From NCBI RefSeq assembly GCF_032191835.1, contig NC_083230.1, forward strand, positions 87,544,001 to 87,608,000: DNA of 64,000 nucleotides. Direction: 5' to 3'. The translations under genes and the position numbers were made by a program. Source of the DNA: Heteronotia binoei (Eukaryota). This document shows, piece after piece, positions 25,738 through 36,826 of this stretch. Under the pieces are notes generated by a model, which was not told the DNA's origin, searched no databases, and saw only the letters and a program-made list of their open reading frames with translations. The first letter of the stretch is position 1. Every line of letters starts with the position of its first letter.

Positions 25738-26245
25738 AATTTGGTGTAGTGGTTAAGTGTGTGCACTTTTATCTGGGTGAACTGGGTTTGATTCTCCATT
25801 CCTCCACATGCAACTTCTAGTGTGACCAGTCATAACTCTCAGCTGTTCTGCTCAAGAGCAGTTCTTGGGAGAGCTCTCTCAGCCCCACCTACATCACAGA
25901 CAATGTTCCCTCTAAGCTAGTCTTGTGAGCAAAAATTCTATTTTGTGAGCTACTGATATTAAAGTTGTGAGCTACTGGCATTAAAGTTGCGAGCTACTGC
26001 ATAAATTATTGTGCTCTGGGACCATTTTCCTGAGCTAAGACAAAAATATGTGAGCTGGAGACTAAAAATCTGTGAGCTAACTCATGCTAACTCACATTAG
26101 AGGGAACATCGCTCACAGGGTGTTTTTTATGGGGAGGGGAAGGGAAAGGAGGTTGTAAGTCACTCTGATACTCCTTTGGGTAGTGAAGAACAGGGTATAA
26201 ATCCAATCTCCTCCTCCTCCTCCTTTTCTTCTTCTTGTTCTCCTT
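25738..26245 (+). mobile_element. tRNA-derived SINE with purine-rich simple-repeat tail, interrupted by a hAT MITE
   Basis: Head tttggtgtagtggttaag..ctgggtttgattc; body resumes after 26111; tail ataaatccaatctcctcctcc..ttcttcttc. Confidence 0.75.
25901..26111. mobile_element. hAT MITE, CAATGTTCCCTCTAAG family
   Basis: TIR CAATGTTCCCTCTAA / TTAGAGGGAACATCG. TSD ATCACAGA / CTCACAGG (6/8). Confidence 0.85.
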
Positions 26246-26304
26246 CTTGATGCACTTTTGCACCTTTTGACTTAGATTAAGCAGTCCTATGCATAAAGTC
26301 TTGG

Positions 26305-26466
26305 TTAGTAGTATGGACCAATGTGGCATAAATTCCTTCAGCAATATAATATGCTTTGCCTTTGTTGGTGTGATTTCAGACTTGTTTAGCAGTGTGGACC
26401 AATGCGTCATAAACGCCTTCAGAAATGCAACATGGTTTGCCTTTGTTGGTGTGACTGTAGACTCTC
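26305..26466. repeat. Indel-free 81-bp tandem duplication
   Basis: Units start at 26305 and 26386; about 75% identical. Confidence 0.85.
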
Positions 26467-27182
26467 CAGTCATCCTTTGGATGTATTCACCAGCTGAACA
26501 CATAAACAAGTCATAGATTGAAATTAGTTGAAGGACTGACATAGGACAGAACTAACATGGCATAGCAGCTAAGAGACTGTGAGCCTCCTAGGTGCCTTGA
26601 GGAAAGTCCCTCTCTGTGCCTCAGCCACATCTGCACTTTGGGGATGCTAACAATGCTGGCCTACCTTTCAGGATTACTAGATTACAACTGCATGTTGTTT
26701 GAGAAGCACTTTGAACAGTGGACAACCCTATGTAAATACTGAGCATTATAATTAACAGTTGAAAGGGACCAGTAAGAACTGTCACTGGACTGTCAGTTGC
26801 CAAGCTGTACTATTTCTGATAGTGGAAGAGAAATTGAATATTTGAGTAATTCGTCCTCATAAAATACTCTTGGCACTTACAAAATTACTATATCAATGGA
26901 AAGGTCTACACAAACCTTTTCCCTGACATGCTACCAGTGTTGCACATGTAAGCAGTTTGTTTTAAGTAAAGGAAGAATACAAACTTTCACACACACAGCC
27001 CCAGTGATGCATTCCAGCACCAGTTACATCGGTTACATCATACAGGAATGTTTCGTGTCCTTTAGCTGAAAGAAAGGCTTTGGGTGTAGATAGGGTCGGG
27101 GGAGAGATAAAATTGCCAAATTTTGAATAAGTTCTGGTAGCAGTTCTTTTAATCTGGTCTGCAGTAATTAGTTGGTGGCATG

Positions 27183-27366
27183 CAGGGGTTTTTTTTGTAG
27201 CAGGAACTCCTTTGCATATTAGGCCACACACCCCTGATGTAGCCAATCCTCCAGAGCTTACAGGGCTCTTAGTACAAGGCCTACTGTAAGCTCCAAGAGG
27301 ATTGGCTACATCGGGGAGGTGTGGCCTAATATGTAAAGGCGTTCCTGCTTTAAAAAAAAAGCATGG
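27183..27366. mobile_element. hAT MITE (CAGGG-polyT termini)
   Basis: TSD GTGGCATG at 27175-27182 and 27367-27374. Confidence 0.8.
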
Positions 27367-27642
27367 GTGGCATGATTTCTACATATCAAACTTCTGGAAT
27401 GGCCAAGGTGGTTCCACGCCCCCCCCCCCCGAAAACCCTAAAAAACAAACTGTTCAAATGAGTTAGCGCTTCTTCTTCCATTGCTGATCTGAATAGCCTG
27501 CTCAACTCCCCATGTGGTGACACATATGTGCTATCCCTGAATCTGGAAAACTCTTCTTCCCATAGATATTGGGAAGGTGTACAGACTGAGATCTGGATGT
27601 TCAAAAGTTCCTTGAATATTATCTTCTTTCCTCTGTTTTTGT

Positions 27643-27841
27643 CAGGGCTTTTTTGGTAGAAAAAGCCCAGCAGGAACTCATTTGCATATTAGGCCACACC
27701 CTCTGATGTCACCATTATTTCACATAGGGATTTTCTGTAGAAAAAGCTCAGCAAGAATTTATTTGCATATTAGGCCACACCCCCTGACATTAAGCCAGTC
27801 AGAGCTGCGTTCCTGTGCGTCCTTGCTCAGAAAAAGTTCTA
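27643..27841. mobile_element. hAT MITE carrying ATTTGCAT and CCACACCC motifs
   Basis: TSD GTTTTTGT / GTTTTAGT (7/8). Same family as 38585-38784. Confidence 0.85.
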
Positions 27842-28574
27842 GTTTTAGTATTTTCAAAGATGTTGTATGGAAAGAAATATAATCAGACCTTCTAACTCTA
27901 AAGGGGGGGGCAAATTCTTTGTAGGTGTTTTAATATGAGGTAAAGAGTAATCTCTTAGGATATCTTGCACCAGCTTGCATTCTACGTGGGTAGGGAGCAT
28001 TTCCGCACCCTGCTTGCCATTAATATAGTTGTCAGATGCTTTATTTATAACATTATAAACCCATATTGCAAAGCCATTCATTACTATTAGCAATCAATTA
28101 ATAACAGATTACCATCTGTGCTGGAGCAACTTGGTATTGCTATTTAAACCACAGTAAAGGTTACCCAATTAAGAAATGTATAGTGATTAATACTCCTAGC
28201 AGTGGGACTTTACTAGGGCATTTCAAACTACCTTCATGCCATCTGTACATCGTTGAGATGAGAAAATCAATTCTGCTGTAGAAAGAAATGCATTAAGAAA
28301 GCTGAGAACTGAAATCCACAGAGCAATAGCAGACTTTCACAAGCAGCAAAGCTGTGATTCCAGAAAGGATTCAGTTAGATTTAGCTTTAGGTATCCCAGT
28401 GACATTTGCTGCGCTACATCAAAAGCTGAAGCTTGTGCATGGTGGATGCATATGACTGGCTTGCCACAGCTGGACTTAAGTGGGAGGTGGGGGAGGGGAA
28501 GCTTTCCCACAGTCAAGACATGATAAAATAATCATAGTAATAGGCATGAGCTATCCACTTGCTTGATGCTGCAA

Positions 28575-28695
28575 TCAAACAGAGTAAATAATGCACTTTC
28601 AATGCACTTTCCAACTGGATTTTGCCAATTCACACAGTAAAATCCAGTTGGAAAGTGCATTGAAAGTATACTGAAAGTACATTCTTTACCATGTG
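28575..28695. repeat. Short palindromic element (related copy about 41900-42020)
   Basis: aatgcactttccaactggatttt ... aaaatccagttggaaagtgcatt hairpin. Confidence 0.7.
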
Positions 28696-29129
28696 TGATC
28701 ATAAATGGTTTTTTTTTTTTGTGGTGGGTGTGTTCAAATATATCCCCAGACCCTCCAGGATCATGTAGATCAGAAACGATATTTTTATTTTATATATGAC
28801 AAACTTGAAACTAACAAACAAACAAAAACAGCCTTTGGCTGAATTGTTGGGGATATGGTTACAGAAATATAAATGAGAAATAACCAATATATTTTCCATG
28901 TTCCTGGCAGATAACATGATGCCTGACAAGTACTTACCACAAATTTGTGAATGTTAATATACATTGCAGAGTGTAAAGGATTTTATTTTTGCAAGGGGGA
29001 CTTTCCCTGGAGCTCTGGGGGTCCATGTCCTGTAAGTCATTACAGGCTTTTAAAAAAAAGGTGTAGAAGCCAGCACTTTGAAAGGACACATGGGCTGATT
29101 ACAGACCAGCACTTTGGGCTGACTCAGAG

Positions 29130-29520
29130 ACGTCTCTGAAGTCGGCCCAAAAAATCCCTCCACACGCAAACATCTGCCGGGCATCCCCATCCGTCACTCA
29201 CCCCATCCTTCTGGGCGCTCCACCCGGCTCAAAAATATTTGAGTCAGCCATCAGTCACCAAATTGCTGTCTGGGCAGGGAAGGGCGCACGCGAGGCGACT
29301 TGGCATTCTGGAGCTGTCAAGCCGCCCCAAGCTCTGCTGGTTTTTTTTAATTGAGACCAATCAGAGTGCTAGTGCGCTCATGCACACCAGCGCTTTCTCC
29401 CCCCCCCCCCGGGAAAACAAAGGAATTTGGCTTCCAGGTCGCCTTCCTGTGAGGCGGCTCCTAGGTGAATGTGGGGAGGCTCCGGGATGGCTCTTTTGGG
29501 GCTGTCCTGATTCAGGACGC
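29130..29520. promoter_or_regulatory. CpG-enriched promoter-like island
   Basis: About 19 CpGs in about 400 bp against a CpG-poor background. CCAAT at 29357, AP-1 TGAGTCA at 29240-29246, NRF1-like GCGCACGCG at 29284-29292. Outward-facing donor-like sites: minus GG|GTGAGT at 29201 and plus AG|GTGAAT at 29465. Confidence 0.5.
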
Positions 29521-31187
29521 CTCCTTGCCACCCCAAAATGCCCATCTGTTCTCAGCCCTATAGACACAAATGGCTAGATAGACCCCCATTCTTTCAAACA
29601 TTTTGGAATCAGAACTTTATGGCCAGCTGATACTGATAGCATTCTTTGCCAACAGTATAATGCAAAACTTCATAATTCTATCGACAAAAAAGATCATGGG
29701 AAATCATCATGGTAGATTTCTGAAGTACCAACTCAGTATGTGGTGAACCTTTTAAATGAACAAATATGTTAAAACAGCTCTCTGTTACACCTGTATTTGT
29801 AGACAAGCCCTTAGCAGTTTTGCCAATTTACTCAAAACCTCTGCACATTCATTTTTTAAAAATGGAGGGAACATACAGGACCTTGAGACCTCTTTGCCTA
29901 TTCAGTAAGCACTTGTGATATTTCAGAAACTAGGAGGTAAAAGAAACACCTCTCTGGCCATCAGACATGTTATTGTGATGTTATGGGATGTTCCTTAGCA
30001 TATTGCTAAGTTGTTAAAATATCACAGAGGATCAAAAGTCAACAGGAGCATGAGAGATATAGGTGAGAAGCAGGGCTTGTTTTCTGGAAAAAGAAGTGCT
30101 GGAACTCTCAAGAGGGAAATGAAGGAGAAACACACAGGTGCCCCTTATGAACTTTTAAACATTTTTTTTGAGGATTTTGTTTCCACAGAGAGGTTCCAGA
30201 ACTCCGTTCTGCCATGTTCAACCAGAAAAAAAAAAGCCCTAGTGAGAAGCGATACCAAGAGACAGTAGTGATTAATTCTGTTGATGTGTGGTTGAGGAAA
30301 CCAGTGTGAGATCTGGAAAGCATGCTTAGAAATGATGGGTTGTGAATGGTCTTTGTATGCATGTGTGTTTGCCTGTGAGAATGATGTGAATGATGAGTCG
30401 TAGTTACACATCAGGAATCACAAAGAAAATGCACTTCTTTTATTCTTTATGATCTCTGGTTTAAACTGCAGTTTACACTATTTCTTTCTCTGCCATGCTA
30501 AAAACAAAAACAAAGCATAACAACAGTTGGTTATTAACAGAAGATACAACAGCAGGCCATGGTATGCAGCAGTCATTCCATCAGGTCAGTGGAATAGAAG
30601 AGACTTTAAGCACTCACATGATGAAATTTACAGAGTCCTTGGTGGGAAGATGACAGAGCCTGGAGATTATGCTTGCATCCTACTGACTCCCCCCAATAAG
30701 TATATGTTGCACAGAACAGCAATAAGATAAGGAGCATTGCAGACTGGCAGAAAAGCTTTTTAAAAAATTAATATCAAATATCCCACTAGTTTCAGCAGTG
30801 AGAATTCCATTGCCCTGAATTGAAGAGAGACACACAGTACCAGAAGAGAGACACATGACTGCATAAGGCTTTCAAGGCAAATGCTGTTTGTTTAGTTTGA
30901 GTGGGCTGAAGGTGATTGTTGCTGATTGATTAGGAGTGGCTGTGTTCCCCACCCTCTTTGCATTATTAAGCTGTGCCTTGCCAGAGGCGCGAGCCTTTGG
31001 CGCAAGCCGAAGGGTGAGAGCTAAAGGGCTCTTGGCCTGTGGCTCTTGGCCTGGGGGCTCTGTAAGGACCAGGAACCCAGATCCCTATTTCCTTGGGTTC
31101 CCATTAAGGTAAGTAGACCCTCCAGAAGGAGAGCCACATAAACAAACAGGATTTAAAAGGGGTCTGTATATTTTTGAAAAAAGCTAT

Positions 31188-32261
31188 AATGAAGGTAAAA
31201 TGCCAGCAGGGGGGTGGGGGCTTTCCAGTGTTTTGCACTGAGTGTCACATGTATAACTATCTGCCCACAGGACAGAAGTCTTGGGTGTGTGCTCGATGCA
31301 AAGAGCTCCTGGTCCTCAGGGAATGAGTTCGTACCCTTGAGGCCAAGGTGACTGACCTGGAGAAGCAGAGACAGTCAGTTAGGCACTTGGAGAAGACTCT
31401 CGGGGACGTATTAGATGAGCCCCACTCTGAATGTGGCAGCCCCGTTGCTGCCAGGGAGCATGAGGGTCGAGAGGGAACAGGGCACCGGGCTGAGGATAAG
31501 GGAAATGCGCCCTCAGTAGGGACCTCTTCTTCAGTTGGTAAGCGGGTATCCTTTCGTGCCAAGGAGCCATCCCTGGGCAGGGAGAGAGGGGGGGCCTTGG
31601 TAGTTGGTGATTCGATCCTTTGGCAAGTAGACAGCTGGGTGGCAAAACAGCATACTGAACATATGGTGACTTGCCTGCCTGGTGCAAAGGATGCTTTCTG
31701 GAACAAGTGGGAGCTGTACAAAAGAGACAGTCTCCACTTGTCCCCAGATGGAACCAGGGAGAGAGGAGGGGTTGGTGATTCGATCCTTAGGCAAGTAGAC
31801 AGCTGGGTGGCAAAACCGCGTACTGACCGTATGGTGACTTGCCTGCCTGGTGAGAAGGTAGCGGACATTACGCATGTAGTAGATAGGCTGATAGTGCTGG
31901 GGAGGAGTCAGTGGTCGTGGTGCATGTTGGCACCAACGATGTGGGGAAATGCAGTCGTGAGGTCCTGGAGGAAAAATTTAGGCTGCTAGGCGGGAGACTT
32001 AAGGCCAGGACCTCCAAGGTAGCTTTCTCAGAAGTGCTACCTGTTCCATGTACAGGGCTGGAGAGACAGGCACAAATTAGAAGTCTCAATGTGTGGATGA
32101 GACGATGGTGAAAGGAGGAAGGGTTTAAGTTTGTTAGGCACTGGGATGCTTTCTGGAACAAGCGGGAGCTGTACAAAAAAGACGGTCTCCACTTGTGCCC
32201 AGATGGAACCAGGCTGCTGGTGCTTAAAATCAAAAAGGTGGCAGAGCAGTTTTTAAACTAA
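31188..32261 (+). pseudogene. CR1 ORF1 (CxxC..CxxC finger, coiled coil, SGNH/GDSL esterase) with a stop, frameshift and internal duplication
   Basis: MKVKCQQ..FCTECHMY..VCARCKEL, LEAKVTDLEK, VVGDSIL, CLPG.KV.DI, VHVGTND, DGLHL. Confidence 0.88.
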
Positions 32262-32381
32262 ATCTTGGGGGAAAGCCGACAGGAGATGAAATGTCTCTGG
32301 TTCGGGAGGACTCTTCTCAAAAAGATGAAGGGTTAGCTGTTACTTTTCTGCCGGGTAATGGATCAGAGTTGTCTGCTGAGA

Positions 32382-35236
32382 TGGTGACAAACAGTATGGG
32401 CTGATTGCCAAAGTCTCAAGGTGGCAGGAGGAAGGTTGAGGGCCTAACTTGCCTGGGAAATAGATGTTTCTATACGAATGCTAGAAGTGTTCGAAGTAAA
32501 ATTGGTGAATTGGAATGTTTAGTGTTGGGGGAAAACATAGACATTGTGGGAATTTCAGAAACTTGGTGGAATCAGGAGAATCAGTGGGACATGATGATTC
32601 CTGGATATAAGTTATATCGGAAGGATAGGAAGGGAAGGGTTGGAAGGGGGGGGGCGGCTCTGTATGTCAGAGAGGGTATACAGTCCAGTAAGACTGAGGT
32701 CAAAGAATTAGATTCCCTTCTAGAAATGCTTTGGGTCAAAATAGAGGGGCCAAAGGGAAATTTAACTATGGGAGTTCGTTATCGCCCACCAAACCAAAAC
32801 ATAGAGGACGATTATAATATGATGGAAGAATTAAAGATAGTGGCTAAACATAAAAACTGTGGCGTAATAGGTGATTTTAACTACCCGCAGATTGATTGGG
32901 TCAATATGTGTTCAGGTCGAGAGAAAGAGATTGAGTTTTTAGATGCTCTCAACGACTGTGCTATGGAGCAGATGGTCACAGAACCTACCAGGGGTGGGGC
33001 GATCCTGGATTTGGTCGTAAGTAATGCCCAAGACTTGGTGAGAGATGTAAAAGTGATCGCACCGCTTGGGAGCAGTGACCATAACGTTATTGATTTCACC
33101 ATTTGTATAAATAGGGGGTTGCCCCAAAAGACCAGCACAACCACGTTTAACTTTAAAAGGGTAAATTCTCTGAGATGAAGAGGCATGTGAAAAGGAAACT
33201 GAAAGGAAAGGTAAATACAGTCAAAACCCTTGGGGAAGCTTGGAGGTTATTTAAAACTACAATCCTAGAAGCTCAGATAAAATATATAGCACAAGTTAGG
33301 AAAGGCACAAACAGGTATAAGAAAAGGCCTGCATAGATAACAAACAAAGTAATGGAAGCTGTAAAAGGTAAGAAGGACTCCTTTAAGCAGTGGAAAGCTA
33401 GTCCAAGTGAGATTAATCAAAGGGAACACAGGCTGTGGAAAATCAAATGCAAGACTGTGATCAGGCAGGCAAAAAGGGACTATGAGGGGCATATTGCAAA
33501 AAACATAAAGATCAACAATAAAAAATTCTTCAAATATATTAGAAGCAGGAAACCAGCCAGGGAGGCAGTGGGGTCCTTGGATGACCAAGGGGTCAAAGGA
33601 TTACTGAAGGGGGATAGGGAAATGGCTGAGAAGCTGAATGCATTTTTTGCCTCCGTCTTCACTATGGAAGACGAGAAGTGTTTGCCCGCTGCAGAACCAC
33701 TAATTTTGGAAGGGGTGTTGAAAGACCTGAGTCAGATTGAGGTGACAAGAGAGGAGGTCCTACAACTGATGGACGAATTAAAAACTAATAAGTCAATAGG
33801 TTCGGATGGCATACATTCAAGAGTTCTGAAAGAACTCAAAGTTGAACTTGTGGATCTCCTGACAAAAATATGTAATCTTTCATTGAAATCTGCCTCCATT
33901 CCTGAGGACTGGAAGGTAGCAAATGTCACCCCAATCTTTAAAAAGGGTTCTAGAGAAGATGCGAGAAATTACAGGACAGTCAGTCTGACTTCAATACCGG
34001 GAAAGTTGGTAGAAACCATTATCAAGGACAGAATGAGTAGGCACATTGATGAACACAAGTTATTGAGGAAGACTCAGCATGGGTTCTGTAAGGGAAGATC
34101 TTGCCTAATTAACCTGTTACAGTTCTTTGAGGGGGTGAACAAGCATGTGGACAAAGGGGACCCAATAGATGTTGTTTACCTTGTCTTCCAAAAAGCTTTT
34201 GATAAAGTTCCTCATTAAGGCTCCTTAGTAAGCTCAAGAGTCATGGACAGGTCCTCTTGTGGATCAAAAACTGGCTAATTAATAGGAAGCAGAGAGTGAG
34301 TATAAATGGGCAGTCTTCGCAGTGGTGGATGGTAAGCAGTGGGGTGCCGCAGGGCTCAGTACTGGGTCCCATGCTCTTTAACTTGTTCATAAATGATTTG
34401 GAGTTGGGAGTAAGCCGTGAAGTGGCCAAGTTTGTAGATGACACTAAATTGTTCAGGGTGGTGAGAACCAGGGAGGATTGTGAGGCACTCCAAGGGATCT
34501 GTTGAGGCTGGGTGAGTGGGCGTCAATGTGGCAGATGAGGTTTAATGTGGCCAAGTGCAAAGTAATGCACATTGGGGCCAAGAATCCCAGGTACAAATAC
34601 AAGTTGATGGGGTGTGAACTGGCAGAGACTGACCAAGAGAGAGATCTTGGGGTCGTGGTAGATAACTCACTGAAAATGTCAAGACAGTGTGCGATTGCTA
34701 TAAAAAAGGCCAATGCCAGGCTGGGAATTATTAGGAAGGGAATTGAAAACAAATCAGCCAGTATCATAATGCCCCTGTATAAATTGACGGTGTGCTCATT
34801 TGGAGTACTGTGTGCAATTCTGCACCTCAAAAAGGATATTATAGCATTGGAAAAAGTCCAGAAAAGGGCAACTAGAATGATTAAAAGTTTGGAACACTTT
34901 TCCTATGAAGAAAGGTTAAAACGCTTTCTTCATAGGGGCTCTTTAGCTTGGAGAAATGTCGACTGCAGGGTGACATGATAGAGGTTTACAAGATTATGCA
35001 TGGGATGGAAAAAGTAGAGAGAAAAGTCCTTTTCTGCCTTTCTCACAATACAAGAACTCGTGGGCATTCAATGAAATTGCTGAGCAGTCAGGTTAGAATG
35101 GATAAAAGGAAGTACTTCTTCACCCAAATGGTGATTAACATGTGGAATTCACTGCCACAGGAGGTGGCGGCGGCTACAAGCACAGCCAGCTTCAAGACGG
35201 GATTGGATAAAAATATGGAGCAGAGGTCCATCAGTG
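32382..35236 (+). pseudogene. CR1 ORF2 (AP endonuclease plus reverse transcriptase), fragmented
   Basis: YTNARSV, IVGISETWW, YRPPNQ, GDFNYP, SSDHN, YRTVSLTSIPGKLVE, QHGFCKGRSCL, FQKAFDKVPH, GVPQGSVLGP, FVDDTKL, KRKYFFTQ.VINMWNSLP. Start approximate. Confidence 0.92.
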
Positions 35237-35370
35237 NNNNNNNNNNNNNNNNNNNNNNNNNNNNNNNNNNNNNNNNNNNNNNNNNNNNNNNNNNNNNNNN
35301 NNNNNNNNNNNNNNNNNNNNNNNNNNNNNNNNNNNNNNNNNNNNNNNNNNNNNNNNNNNNNNNNNNNNNN
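35237..35370. other. Assembly gap (134 N) inside the CR1 3'UTR
   Basis: Run of N. Confidence 0.99.
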
Positions 35371-35689
35371 GTGTTGGACTGGATGGGCCATTGGCCTGAT
35401 CCAACATGGCTTCTCTTATGTTCTTATGTTCTCATTGCAGCAACTTAGAAATGGATGGTAACTTTGGAGCACAGGCATCATGCACTTTCTGTCTGTTTTG
35501 AAGCAGATGCTTAAAATAACAGCAGATGTAAAGTTCATGCTATTGATTCCCTGACTGCAAGATGTATTCTCAAAGCTAAGAAGCACTTGCTTGTAGTTGA
35601 TGTCTCCCTCTCTCCAATGGCAAGTAAATGACACAAAGAGCAACACTGGAGCCTCTCACTGACCGTAAAGCATCCACTCTAGTGTACAG

Positions 35690-35875
35690 CACCTCTCTGT
35701 GTGTACTGTCAAGTTGCAGTTGACATATGGTGACTGCATAGGGTTTTCAAGGCAAATGATTAAGCAGAGGTGGTTTGCCATTTCCTTCCTCTGCAATGTC
35801 TTCCTTGGTGGTCTCCCACCCAAGTACTCACCCTGCTTAGCTTCCAAGATCTGACAAGATCAGGCTATACTATAG
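35690..35875 (-). mobile_element. 5S-derived SINE
   Basis: Reverse complement of the 5S head (ggtctcccacccaagtact..gcttccaagatctgacaagatcagg) plus gcagaggtggtttgccatt tail. Confidence 0.78.
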
Positions 35876-36129
35876 CATCAGCATTCCACCTCCATACAAT
35901 GTAATGGGTTCCATGGGAGGATGCTGAAGTAGTCTTGGCTACTCTGAGACTAGAGCCAACCATAGTGGCAAATCTAGCTAAACTAGTAAAATGGCTTTTT
36001 GGCGTTCTGTTGGGCGGCAGAGTGTAAGCCAAAATGCCCTCAAAAGAGGCTGGGGAATTGACAGATGGACACCTTTGGCTTAAAAAGGATCTAGAATCTA
36101 TGTATACAGGCTTCCACTTCCAGAAATTA

Positions 36130-36826
36130 TTGCTAAATTTACCAAGGGCACTAATTAAGTAAAACAATTATGATTTTATTACAGAAAAATATAGAACACA
36201 CAGATACAAGATAATAGACTCATATAACATACATACAGACCTAATAAAAATAGAGAGAAATGCATAGAGGTAACGTAAGGATGGACAAACAGGGTAATAA
36301 TTATCGATCGTAGTCTTCAAGGAAGGTTCCAATGGCGACAAACAAGGACGATGGGGAAGGGAACCCTCAACTGGCCAAGAATCGGGGATGTATCTAAGCA
36401 GCAGGAATGGGGTACTGCTAGATGCACACCTGTGGGGAGCTGGGTCACAGGTTATAAGGACTACTTGAGCCCTTAGGGGATGGGAGGTACAGGGGCGGAT
36501 GAGAGGTTGTCAGCTGGTACATGACCTCAGAAAAAGGGGAGGCTCCGCAATGACCATAAGGGCTGGTCTTATGCAGTAGCCAATATCCAGTTTATTGGGG
36601 GTACCAGATTGGATGCCCGTACCTGGCCAATGAGCAGACTTGGCCCTGGTTACCTGATTGGACTTTCAGGTAACAATGGGCCAAAGGGGGAGGCTCCAGG
36701 ATGACCATTAAGGGAAAGAATGGGAGAAATTATTGGGGTGGAGGTGATTAAAAGGCTATCAAAATTTATCTAAAGGGTGACAATAGATGGCCAAATTGCT
36801 ACCTAAGGTAACACCCGATCTATACA
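36130..36826 (-). mobile_element. Solo-LTR-like element
   Basis: Minus strand starts TGTATAG; several CCAAT boxes, a TTATAA box near 36450 and AATAAA near 36175. Left boundary and TSD not resolved. Confidence 0.5.

Larger units (their letters stand above)
30880..35432 (+). mobile_element. Near full-length CR1 LINE, inactivated
   Basis: 5'UTR, ORF1 (zinc finger, leucine zipper, SGNH esterase), ORF2 (APE plus RT), 3'UTR ending (TTATGTTC)2. 5' boundary approximate. Confidence 0.93.
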
